Positions 19,872 to 28,889 of a DNA stretch of 64,000 bases are shown here, piece by piece. Each line of letters opens with the position of its first letter. The stretch's first letter is position 1. The DNA lies in NCBI GenBank assembly GCA_963664405.1, contig OY761158.1:4288001-4352000 (forward strand), given 5' to 3'. This stretch comes from Thermoanaerobaculia bacterium (GTDB lineage Bacteria > Acidobacteriota > Thermoanaerobaculia > Multivoradales > Multivoraceae). The notes below the pieces were generated by a model. That model ran no database searches. It was not told where the DNA came from and worked only from the letters and a program-made list of their open reading frames with translations. The translations under genes were made by a program, and so were the position numbers.

Positions 19872-21809
19872 TCACTTTCGGATCACTTCGCGAGCGTCTC
19901 CGTCTCGTCGCGTTTGCCCTGTCTGGTCGAGATGCTCGAGAAGCGGGATCGCCCACTTCCGAGTGAGTCCGAAGCGGTCCTTGAACTCACCTACGGTGAA
20001 GCGGGTCCAATCGCTGTTGGCGAGATCACCGCCGAGGCGGTCCAGCTGGCTCTGCGCCAGAAAGAGTCCCTGCGGAAGGCGAGCGATGCGTTTGCGCTGG
20101 TGGAGGTAGCGAAGCACGCCGTCGAAGATGCTCTTCTTTGCCCCCAGGGCGGCGCAGATCTCTGGGGGCGAGGGCGGTGTCAATCCTCCCTCGTCCAGCC
20201 GCTGCAGAATGCGCTCGGCGAGCTGCGACTCTTCAGTGGTCAGCTCCTCACCACGGCCGGGTAGGTTGACCATGTCTTGGTGAATCGTGAGCACACCATG
20301 GCTCTGCAACCAGTCGAGATAGACCTCGGCGAGGGGGAGGGCCGCCGGCGGGAGGATGCGTCGTACCGCCTCTGCCTTGGGCATTCCGCTGGCCAGCCGT
20401 TCTTTCTTGAAGTAGCTGTGTAGAACGCTCTTGGCGCGGCGGGAGACCTTGGAATAGGCCGCGGCCGAGATCCACATCGGCTCCCTGCCTCGTGGCGGCG
20501 TATGGAGCAGGCTTCCTTCACCGTGCGCAGCGGCGAGAGTGTCAGCAACATCCGCCTCGGGGGTGCCGAGGCGGCGCGCCAGCGTGGCGGCGGCGACTCC
20601 CGCCTCTCCCGCTGCCCTGACCCAGAAGAGGATGGCTTCGTCGGAGCCCTTCTGGAGTGACTCGAGGGCGGCACTGAGCTTCGGCCCGCGATACCGCGCC
20701 CATTCGGGGTCGAGGATCGTTCCGCCGCCAAGCGTGGTTTGCGGAGAGGGCCTACGCACCACGAAGCGGTCGCCGCGAGCTGCCACCACCGGCGCCAGCA
20801 GACGAATCTCGACCGCGGCTGAAGCTCCTGGGACCAGCTCGGTTGGCGCCAGCGGTCGGAGCTTGCCGAGCACTTCGCCGGAGTAGAGGTGGAAGCGCAC
20901 TTCACGAAAGCCCTTGATGGTCTGAGGGGCGTCGTCGAGAAGGCGCATGTGGGCGAGCAAACTGGTGGTGGTGCAGTATGAGGAAGATGTGACCAGCTGC
21001 GCCCCTCGATCCACTTGCTCCAGAGACGCTCCCGATAGCTGGAGGGCGGTGCGCTCGCCGGCTTCCGCTTGATCGCGGTCGACGCCGTGCACCTGCACGC
21101 TGCGGACCCGAACCTGACCGCCCGAAGGGAGAAGCTCTAGGTGGCTCTGCGGCCGGATTCGGCCGGCTACCAGAGTGCCCGTGACCAGCACCCCGAGGCC
21201 GCGGAGATGGAAAGCTCTGTCGATCGGCAGTCGCGAAGGTCTGAGGCCTCGGTCGAGCGGGCGCTCCACCTCCCTGGCGAGTTGCAGGAGAGTCTCTTTC
21301 AGCTCCGAGACGCCGTCGCCACGGGTGCTCGATACACGCACAATGGGGACGCCTTCGAAGCTCGAGCCCTCCAGGGCCTCGGTGAGCTCGAGTGTCGCGA
21401 GATCGAGGAGATCGGGGTCGACGAGATCGATCTTGGTGAGGGCTACCAGGCCTGCCGGGATCTCGAGCAGACTGCAGATGGCGAGATGCTCTCGGGTCTG
21501 GGGCATGATGCCCTCGTCCGCGGCCACTACCAGCACCATCAGATCGATACCCCCGAGGCCGGCGAGGGCGTTGTGGACGAAGCGTTCGTGCCCGGGAACG
21601 TCGACGAAGCCGAGCTGGAGGTCGTCGTCTTCGAGATGGGCAAAACCGAGGTCGATGGTAATGCCTCGATTCTTCTCCTCCTCCCAGCGGTCGCAGTCGA
21701 TGCCGGTGAGGGCCTTCACCAGGGCCGTCTTGCCGTGATCGATATGACCGGCGGTACCGACTACGACGCGTCGGCGGGGAACGGGTGGGTCGGACTGTGG
21801 ATCAGCCAC
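19872..21809 (-). CDS. selB: Selenocysteine-specific elongation factor
   Basis: GTAGHIDHGKT, RGITIDLGFA, DVPGHERF, C-terminal winged helix TRKWAIPLLEHLD. Confidence 0.95.
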   Translation of the reverse strand: MADPQSDPPVPRRRVVVGTAGHIDHGKTALVKALTGIDCDRWEEEKNRGITIDLGFAHLEDDDLQLGFVDVPGHERFVHNALAGLGGIDLMVLVVAADEGIMPQTREHLAICSLLEIPAGLVALTKIDLVDPDLLDLATLELTEALEGSSFEGVPIVRVSSTRGDGVSELKETLLQLAREVERPLDRGLRPSRLPIDRAFHLRGLGVLVTGTLVAGRIRPQSHLELLPSGGQVRVRSVQVHGVDRDQAEAGERTALQLSGASLEQVDRGAQLVTSSSYCTTTSLLAHMRLLDDAPQTIKGFREVRFHLYSGEVLGKLRPLAPTELVPGASAAVEIRLLAPVVAARGDRFVVRRPSPQTTLGGGTILDPEWARYRGPKLSAALESLQKGSDEAILFWVRAAGEAGVAAATLARRLGTPEADVADTLAAAHGEGSLLHTPPRGREPMWISAAAYSKVSRRAKSVLHSYFKKERLASGMPKAEAVRRILPPAALPLAEVYLDWLQSHGVLTIHQDMVNLPGRGEELTTEESQLAERILQRLDEGGLTPPSPPEICAALGAKKSIFDGVLRYLHQRKRIARLPQGLFLAQSQLDRLGGDLANSDWTRFTVGEFKDRFGLTRKWAIPLLEHLDQTGQTRRDGDAREVIRK

Positions 21810-22260
21810 TCTTGGGGCTGAGGATCTCGCGCGCCAGGCGATTGATAGTGGCGCCATCGGCGGAGCCCGCGAGCCGAGCCATCATTTCTTTCATGATCAC
21901 CCCGATGGCTCCCGGTCCCTCGAGATTCTTTTCGTCGACCAGTGCCTGGATGCCCTTTCGAATCTCGTCCTCGTCGGCAGCGGGCGGCAGGTAGCCCTCG
22001 AGGATCGCGATCTCGGCGAGCTCTTTGTCGACCAGCTCTGGGCGAGAGCCGTCGCGATACATCTGTGCGGCTTCGCGCCTCTGCTTGATGGCTTTCTGGA
22101 CCAGCGACAGGAGCTCCGTCTGCCCCACCTCGCGCCCCAGCTCGAGGCTCTTGTTCTTGACTTCAGACAGAAGCAGGCGGTTTGTGCGTAGCCGGTCTTT
22201 GTCGCCGCTACGTAGAGCATCCTTGATCTCTGTGTGCAGAATTTCCTGGGGCGACGCCAT
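21802..22260 (-). CDS. GatB/YqeY domain protein
   Basis: IKDALRSGDK, KQRREA, ILEGYLP, GVIMKEMM, ADG. Confidence 0.9.
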   Translation of the reverse strand: MASPQEILHTEIKDALRSGDKDRLRTNRLLLSEVKNKSLELGREVGQTELLSLVQKAIKQRREAAQMYRDGSRPELVDKELAEIAILEGYLPPAADEDEIRKGIQALVDEKNLEGPGAIGVIMKEMMARLAGSADGATINRLAREILSPKSG

Positions 22261-22379
22261 CGTCCTCGCATTATACGGCCGGCGCCGCAGCGCTTCACCC
22301 GATTACCCCTGCACCTCTTTCGTGCCCTCATCCCGCGCTGCTACCCTAAGGTGCGCCGAACAGCATCTGGGGGACTGAC

Positions 22380-22971
22380 GTGCAGAAGCGAGCCACTACT
22401 TCGTATCCCGTCCACGAGCTCATTGGCTCGCGCTGGAGCCCGCGTGCCTTCTCGAATCGAGAAGTCGAGGACGAAATATTGGGAAGCCTCTTTGAGGCCG
22501 CCCGCTGGGCACCCTCCTGCTTCAACGAGCAACCCTGGTCATTCCTTGCTGCGACTTCCGCCCAGGGGCAACCATCGAGCCGTTGGCGTCTTGTCTGATG
22601 GAAGGAAATGTGTGGGCGAAGGCCGCGCTTGTCCTGGTGCTCTCGGTTGCAAAGCTCACCTTCGCGCATAACGGGAAACCCAATCGGCACGCGCTTCACG
22701 ACGTGGGGCTCGCGGTCGAGAACCTCGTGCTCCAGGGCACCGCCCTGGGGCTCTTCGTCCACCAGATGGCTGGCTTCGACCAAGAGCGCGCGCGTGACGC
22801 CATGGGAATACCCGAAGGTCATGACCCCGTAGCGATGCTTGCATCGGCTATCCAGGGGATTCCAAGGAGCTGTCCGACAAGTTCCGGGAGCGTGAGCTTG
22901 CGCCGAGGCAGCGAAAGGAGCTCAGCTCATTCGTCTTCGGCGCTGGATGGGATTCGAGCTTTCTATCGTGA
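22380..22971 (+). CDS. Nitroreductase family protein (two frameshifts)
   Basis: [37 protein letters not shown] split across frames (~22570, ~22842). Confidence 0.8.
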
Positions 22972-22990
22972 GCTCCGAGAACCGCCGGTC

Positions 22991-24346
22991 TTATCGATCT
23001 ACGGTGATGCCGTAAGCTTTCATCTTGCGGTACAGGTGGCTGCGCTCGATACCGAGACTCGCGGCGGCCCTCGACACGTTGCCACCCTGTTCGCGGAGCT
23101 TTCGTCGGATGTAGGCGGTCTCGAAGTGTTCGCGGGCCGCCTTGAGCGGTCCTAGCTCACCGTCCATGACAGCGGCCGGCTCGTTGCTCTGACTCAGGCC
23201 GGGGGGAAGGTCAGCGGCTTGAATGACGTCCCCTTCGACCATGATCATCATGCGCTCCACAACGTTTCGTAGCTCGCGCACGTTGCCGGGCCAGGCGTAG
23301 CTCTCGAGCGTCTTTTTGGCCTCTGCCGACATCGTCTTGGGCCTGCGCCCCAGCTCGCGGGCGAACTGGTCGACGAAATGCGCCGTTATGAGCCCGATAT
23401 CTTCTCGGCGTTGGCGCAGAGCCGGGACATGGATCGGAATCACTGCCAACCGGAAGTAGAGATCCTCTCGGAAGCGGTTTTCTCGGATCTCTTCCTCGAG
23501 GTTCTTGTTGGTGGCGGCCAGAACACGAACATCGACCTCGATTAGGTCGGTGCCGCCGACGCGTTGGAAACGCTGCTCTTCGAGAGCGCGAAGCACCTTC
23601 GCTTGGGTCAGCATCGACATGTCGCCGATCTCATCGAGAAACAGGGTGCCCCCGTCGGCTTGCTCGAAACGCCCGCGGCGCTCGGAGCTGGCGCCGGTAA
23701 ACGACCCCTTCATGTGTCCGAAGAGCTCGCTCTCGATGAGCTCCTCCGGTATGGCAGCGCAGTTGACCTCGATGAAGGCCTTGTTGCGGCGTTGCGAAAA
23801 GCTGTGGATCTGTCGCGCCACCAGCTCCTTACCGGTGCCGTTCTCACCGTGTATCAGTATGCGACTGTCAGCACTTGCCGCCATCCGAAGCTCTTCTTTG
23901 AGGCCTCTCATCACTTCGCTCTCACCGACCATCATCTCGCCGTGATCGAGTCTCTCGGCCAGATGGCGAAGCTCTCGAGCGAGGCGGGATCGCTCGAGTG
24001 CGTTTTGAACTGTCACCAGCACTCGTGACAGGGCAAGCGGCTTCTCCAAGAAGTCATAGGCGCCGAGGTGTAGCGCCTTTACCGCGGTATCGATATTGGC
24101 GTGGCCGGAGATGATGAGAACCGGTATCTCGGGGTTGTCTCGGCGCAGATCGGCAAGAAGATCGAGGCCGTCACCGTCGGGCAGCCAGAGATCGACAATG
24201 GCCAGGTCAAAGAGGCCCTTCTCGAGAGTCGCCCGAGCCTCCTCGATACTGCCGGCTGTAGTCGTTCGGTAGCCTTCGTCGCCGAGGATCTCGCTCAGAG
24301 TCGAGCGGATCCCCGCTTCGTCGTCGACGATGAGTAGGTGCTCCAC
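22991..24346 (-). CDS. NtrX/NtrC-family sigma54 response regulator
   Basis: REC domain, GENGTGKE, GSFTGA, WPGNVREL, Fis HTH. Confidence 0.92.
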   Translation of the reverse strand: MEHLLIVDDEAGIRSTLSEILGDEGYRTTTAGSIEEARATLEKGLFDLAIVDLWLPDGDGLDLLADLRRDNPEIPVLIISGHANIDTAVKALHLGAYDFLEKPLALSRVLVTVQNALERSRLARELRHLAERLDHGEMMVGESEVMRGLKEELRMAASADSRILIHGENGTGKELVARQIHSFSQRRNKAFIEVNCAAIPEELIESELFGHMKGSFTGASSERRGRFEQADGGTLFLDEIGDMSMLTQAKVLRALEEQRFQRVGGTDLIEVDVRVLAATNKNLEEEIRENRFREDLYFRLAVIPIHVPALRQRREDIGLITAHFVDQFARELGRRPKTMSAEAKKTLESYAWPGNVRELRNVVERMMIMVEGDVIQAADLPPGLSQSNEPAAVMDGELGPLKAAREHFETAYIRRKLREQGGNVSRAAASLGIERSHLYRKMKAYGITVDR

Positions 24347-24351
24347 TTCCC

Positions 24352-26619
24352 CTACTCCTGAGGCAGCTCGATCGTAAAGACAGTACCGTTGGGCTCGTTG
24401 TCTTCGACGCGGATGGTGCCGTTGTGGTCTCGGATCACCCGATGGACGATTGCCAGACCCAGGCCTGTGCCGCGTCCCTTGGTGGAGTAGTAGGGCAGGA
24501 AAAGCTTCTCTTTGGCATCAGCCGGAATTCCTGGCCCAGTGTCTGCGACTTGCAGCAGTACTGATCCGTTGTCCCGTTCGGCGTTTACCGTGACCGAGCC
24601 GGTCGACGGAGTCGCGTCGACAGCGTTGTCGAGAAGATTGATCAGAACACCTCGGATCTGCTCTTTGTCGAAACTCGCCTCGCGCACTTCCGGGGCGACA
24701 GAGTAGCCGAGGTCGAGGCCCGGTTTGATATCTCGATACAACTTCAGGGTCTCCTCGAATAGCTCCGCGAGATCGACCTCGGTCGGCTCGGGCCTCGGCA
24801 TCCGGGCAAAGCGGGAGAACTCGTCGACCATCTGCTTCATCGTCCCGACTTCACGCACGATCGTCTCCACACCGTCCTCCAGCGCCTTGCCGAACTCGCC
24901 GTCCTTTTCGCGATACTTCTTTCGCATTCGCTCCGCTGAAAGGCGAATGGGAGTCAGGGGGTTTTTGATCTCGTGCGCGATTCTGCGTGCTGCTTCGTTC
25001 CATGTGGCCAGTTTCTGCGCTTGGATGAGCTCGGTGAGATCTTCGAGAACGATGACGTGTCCTGTTACTTCTCCCGAAGAGTCCTTCAGCGGCGTGAAGC
25101 CGGCCTCGAAGGTCTTCCAAGTTCCGCCAAGGCGCAACTGAACCTCATGATGTGTCTTCCCCTTAGGGTCGCGATAAAGCGCCAGGAGCTTGCCGCGCTC
25201 GCTGTCCTTCCACACTCCTTCGAGCTCTCTGCCCAGCACTTCGTCTTCGCTTTGACGAAGCATATTCAGTGCCGTGTCGTTGCAGGTCGACACCCTGCCG
25301 CCGGCGTCGACAGAGAGCACGCCCGCGGCAACATTCTTGAGCACGGCGGAGATCAGGCTACGCTCCTCGTCGAGTCTCTCGTTGCTCATCACGAGCTCGT
25401 CGTTCTTTGCCTCGAGGAGCTCGTGACCGTGGCTGATCTGGCTGGTCATCCGATTGAAGGATTCCACCAGAACACCGAGCTCGTCGTCGGCGGCGACATC
25501 GACATAGTGATCAAGATCTCCTTCGGCCACGCGTCGGGTTCCCTCCGCCAAGGCCTGAATGGGAATGGTTACTCTGCGGGCGAGGTAGAGGCCGACCCAG
25601 GAAGAGATCAGCAGAATGACGAGGGTGACCATGAGAATGAGGAGCATATAGCTGGCCTTGAGATCGGGCTTCTGCACTTCGAGTTGGCGGTAGTCCTGGT
25701 AGGCCTGGACCAGGGCCTCGCTCGAGCCGGCAAGCTCGGCGTCGAGGATGGTGCCGGCTACGACGACGCTCGCGGGTGAGCCCTCCTGGCGAATGGAGCT
25801 TGCTGCCAAGAGGAAGTGTTGTTCCTGATCTCGTGGCGCCAGAACTCGAAACGCCTTGCCGTCGCGAACCGCATTCAAGAGGAAGGCGGAGCCGGGCTCG
25901 GGAGGTCTGACGGAGCCGGCACGGGGGTCGAGAGCGGCATGGATGAACTCTGTCTCGCGATAAACGAGAACGATGTCGAGAGACTCCTCCAGCAACCCTT
26001 GTTTGAGGATGTCTCCGAGGTGAGATCGCTGGTCGGGTGCCTGAAGATCGATGTTCTCGATCTTCTTGACCAGCAGGTCGGCGGCGCGCTGGTTGGAGGT
26101 CTGGATTCGCTCGGTGAGTGCCTGGGAGACCTTGTTGCCGTGGTCGAGGACCGCAACCACCGGGGTGCGGAAGAGGTTCTCGACCGACCCCTGGATGAGC
26201 TCGTTTGCGTAGGCGAAGAGTAGGAGCACCGGGAGCAGGGAGAGAGCGATGTAGGTCGCGACCAGCTTGGTCTTGAATTTGGAACCGAGAGTGCGTCGCT
26301 GCCGCTCGACAAAGAGCTTGAGAAGGTTGCGCAGCAGCACGAACAGGACTGCGAGTACCAGGACGACGTTGATGTACCGCAGCACGAAGAGGAGCAGACC
26401 GTTGGTGACGAGATTGGGCGGTAGCTCCTGGCTGCGCAAGATGAAGTAATACGCGAGGGTGAAGAAGAGCAGCGCACCGGCGAGAACGCCGAAAATCGAG
26501 CGGTTGTCGCGACTGCGTTGTCGCAGCCTCTCGACCAGGCCGACGCTCCCCGCCCGGACCTCGTCCAGACGGATCGACGGCGGAGTCCTTGAGGCGGTGA
26601 CTTTCTTTTCCGTCGACAT
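24352..26619 (-). CDS. NtrY-like sensor histidine kinase (TM, HAMP, PAS)
   Basis: GSKFKTKLV, ARRIAHEIKNPLTPI, FSRFARMP, GTGLGL. Confidence 0.92.
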   Translation of the reverse strand: MSTEKKVTASRTPPSIRLDEVRAGSVGLVERLRQRSRDNRSIFGVLAGALLFFTLAYYFILRSQELPPNLVTNGLLLFVLRYINVVLVLAVLFVLLRNLLKLFVERQRRTLGSKFKTKLVATYIALSLLPVLLLFAYANELIQGSVENLFRTPVVAVLDHGNKVSQALTERIQTSNQRAADLLVKKIENIDLQAPDQRSHLGDILKQGLLEESLDIVLVYRETEFIHAALDPRAGSVRPPEPGSAFLLNAVRDGKAFRVLAPRDQEQHFLLAASSIRQEGSPASVVVAGTILDAELAGSSEALVQAYQDYRQLEVQKPDLKASYMLLILMVTLVILLISSWVGLYLARRVTIPIQALAEGTRRVAEGDLDHYVDVAADDELGVLVESFNRMTSQISHGHELLEAKNDELVMSNERLDEERSLISAVLKNVAAGVLSVDAGGRVSTCNDTALNMLRQSEDEVLGRELEGVWKDSERGKLLALYRDPKGKTHHEVQLRLGGTWKTFEAGFTPLKDSSGEVTGHVIVLEDLTELIQAQKLATWNEAARRIAHEIKNPLTPIRLSAERMRKKYREKDGEFGKALEDGVETIVREVGTMKQMVDEFSRFARMPRPEPTEVDLAELFEETLKLYRDIKPGLDLGYSVAPEVREASFDKEQIRGVLINLLDNAVDATPSTGSVTVNAERDNGSVLLQVADTGPGIPADAKEKLFLPYYSTKGRGTGLGLAIVHRVIRDHNGTIRVEDNEPNGTVFTIELPQE

Positions 26620-26639
26620 TGGACTGGCTTGCGGCCTCG

Positions 26640-27185
26640 CTAAGGACTTACGCTCTCTACGTCACGCATACGCATGCGTGCCCAGTTGGTGGTGATGCGG
26701 TTGGGAAAGAGAAGAAGGAAGTGCTTGGATCCCAACTCGCCTCGGACCATGAGCTGAGTACGGGGATGGATCTCTTCTTCCAGCTCGAAGGCTGGCAGCT
26801 GGCGAACCGTGGTCATCGTTCTTTCCAGCTCGTCGAGGCCGGTGACCACTCGGGAGTCGATGAGGCCGCCATCGAGTTTGGTGTTCACCAGGTATTCGCG
26901 CGTTACAGCGTTATACAGGGCGACGATCTGGAGGGTGGTGCGGTCGAAGATCTTGTCGAACCACCACAGCCGAGGACGCTGAATCTGAAGGGTGTACTCG
27001 AGCTCAGTGGGAAGGCCGGACTCGAGTCTCTCCCGCATCTCTTCGTCAAAGGCGTTCTGCAGCTCGAAGCTGAGGAGTATTCGCCTGCCGTCCTGCTGAG
27101 CTCTGAGGCTCTCTATGCGCGCCGGATCACCTCCGGCTGCAAGCAGCAGAAAGGCCGCGAGCGCAACTGTCGTGAATCTCACCAC
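26640..27185 (-). CDS. DUF4390-like exported protein
   Basis: Signal peptide, LESGLP..Y, YNAVTREY; usual position upstream of ntrY. Confidence 0.7.
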   Translation of the reverse strand: MVRFTTVALAAFLLLAAGGDPARIESLRAQQDGRRILLSFELQNAFDEEMRERLESGLPTELEYTLQIQRPRLWWFDKIFDRTTLQIVALYNAVTREYLVNTKLDGGLIDSRVVTGLDELERTMTTVRQLPAFELEEEIHPRTQLMVRGELGSKHFLLLFPNRITTNWARMRMRDVESVSP

Positions 27186-27243
27186 TGAGATTGTAGCGCT
27201 CTAGGGCCCTGGCGCGCCCAAGGGGGCGAAAGGGTTCGGCAGT

Positions 27244-28185
27244 CTATGCGTCGGCTGACAGCCCGCGCGAGGTCTGGGGGGCGGGAGCCGGAAGCGGCTG
27301 GCGAAGAGGCATGGTCTTCCCTGCCATCCACGTCCAGCAGTCGGGGCTGTCACGAAGTGCCTCGAGCAGGGCGAAGTGAAGCGCGTGCCCTCCTCGCTCG
27401 ACTTCGAAGTGCCCCCAGATAGGGGCTCCGAGGAGGGCGAGGTCACCGATGACGTCCAAGGCCTTATGCCGCACCGGCTCATCGCTGAATCGCAGTTCGG
27501 TGTTGATCGGTCCATTCTCGTCGAAGACGACGCAATTCCCTTCGTTTCCGCCGAGGCCCAGACCCTGCTGATGCATCCGCTGAACGTCACGAAGCAGAGC
27601 GAAAGTGCGTGCCGGCGCAAGCTCACGCTCGAAGTTGTCGCGTCGCAGCTCGACATCGACTCGCTGAGCGCCGATCGCCGACTCTCCGAAATCGATGCCG
27701 TATGTGACCCGAAGACCGGGGTAGGGGGCAACTCGGATCGTCCGACCGTCTCCTTCATCGACTTCGACGGGCGAGGTGATCGCCATGATCTTACGCAGGG
27801 CCTTTTGTTGGCGCACACCGGCCGCCGCCAGGAGTCTGCAATAGGGGAGCGCGGAGCCGTCGAGGATTGGAACTTCGGGCCCGTTCAGCTCGATCGTGAG
27901 GTTGTCGATCCCGAGCACCTGGATGGCGGCCATCAGATGCTCGACGGTTGAAATCTGGACGTCGTCGCGCCCGAGGGTCGTGGCAAGCTCCAGCGAGCTG
28001 ATGTGGCCGGCAAGTGCAGGCACTTCTACCCCGCAGTCGACGCGGCGGAAGTGGATTCCGCTGCCGCTCGGGGCTGGATGTAGTTGGAGTTGGACGTCGG
28101 TGCCGGTATGGATACCGACACCGTCGATGCCGACCGAGCGTGCAATGGTCTTCTGAATGAAGAAGTCGTCTGGCTTCTTGATCAT
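27244..28185 (-). CDS. lpxC: UDP-3-O-acyl-N-acetylglucosamine deacetylase
   Basis: QKTI..GVGIHTG, TVEHLMAA, EVPILDGSA, RHKALDVIGD, GGHALH. Confidence 0.95.
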   Translation of the reverse strand: MIKKPDDFFIQKTIARSVGIDGVGIHTGTDVQLQLHPAPSGSGIHFRRVDCGVEVPALAGHISSLELATTLGRDDVQISTVEHLMAAIQVLGIDNLTIELNGPEVPILDGSALPYCRLLAAAGVRQQKALRKIMAITSPVEVDEGDGRTIRVAPYPGLRVTYGIDFGESAIGAQRVDVELRRDNFERELAPARTFALLRDVQRMHQQGLGLGGNEGNCVVFDENGPINTELRFSDEPVRHKALDVIGDLALLGAPIWGHFEVERGGHALHFALLEALRDSPDCWTWMAGKTMPLRQPLPAPAPQTSRGLSADA

Positions 28186-28199
28186 TGAAACTGGAGAGG

Positions 28200-28215
28200 A
28201 GCACACTCCGTGCCA
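28200..28215 (-). promoter_or_regulatory. sigma54 promoter for lpxC
   Basis: Minus strand TGGCACG-GAGT-GTGCT, correct GG/GC spacing. Confidence 0.6.
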
Positions 28216-28311
28216 ACTGGAGAGCGATTAGCGAATCTTGTATAAACGTTGGAAACAGGAAGTTTATGCTACCATCACCGGCCTTCCGGGCTGTCTCTGA
28301 CGGGGCCGAAT

Positions 28312-28349
28312 GTTGTAAAAAAGATACACTCATGCGTCTTTTTTGCAAC
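28312..28349. promoter_or_regulatory. Inverted repeat, candidate activator/TF binding site between divergent lpxC and smpB
   Basis: GTTGTAAAAAAGA-N12-TCTTTTTTGCAAC, 12/13 arm match. Confidence 0.5.
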
Positions 28350-28393
28350 GGAAAGCGCGCTCTGGGCGAGGCGGAGCATGGATAAGCAAGGCG

Positions 28394-28873
28394 ATGGCAC
28401 ATCCGAGTAATAACACGTCCGAGGCCAAGGTCCTGGCCCAGAACCGGCGGGCGCGACACGATTATCACCTGCTCGAGACCCTCGAGGCCGGACTCGTTCT
28501 CGTCGGCACTGAGGTGAAGTCGGCTCGCGCTGGAAAAGTTCAGCTCAAGGATGCCTTCGTCGAGATCCGTGGCGGCGAGGCCCATCTGCTGCGGGCGCAC
28601 ATCAGCCCGTATGAGCATGGCAATCGTCAGAACCACGATCCCGAGCGCCGCCGAAAGCTGCTCTTGCGGCGGCGTGAGATCGATCGGCTCCAGGGCAAGG
28701 TTCAGGCGGGCGGCTTGACGGTCGTGCCGCTGCGGATCTTGGCGCGTGGATCGTGGATCAAGGTAGAGATCGCGCTCGCGCAGGGAAAGAAGCTCTACGA
28801 CAAGCGAGAAAGCGAAAAACGAAAGGAGCAGCAGCGAGAGATGGATCAGGCGATCAAACAGGGAGCCTGGTAG
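28394..28873 (+). CDS. smpB: SsrA-binding protein
   Basis: NRRARHDY, EAGLVLVGTEVKS, RKLLL, GKKLYDKRE. Confidence 0.96.
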   Translation: MAHPSNNTSEAKVLAQNRRARHDYHLLETLEAGLVLVGTEVKSARAGKVQLKDAFVEIRGGEAHLLRAHISPYEHGNRQNHDPERRRKLLLRRREIDRLQGKVQAGGLTVVPLRILARGSWIKVEIALAQGKKLYDKRESEKRKEQQREMDQAIKQGAW

Positions 28874-28889
28874 AGTACCGCCTCCTGAG

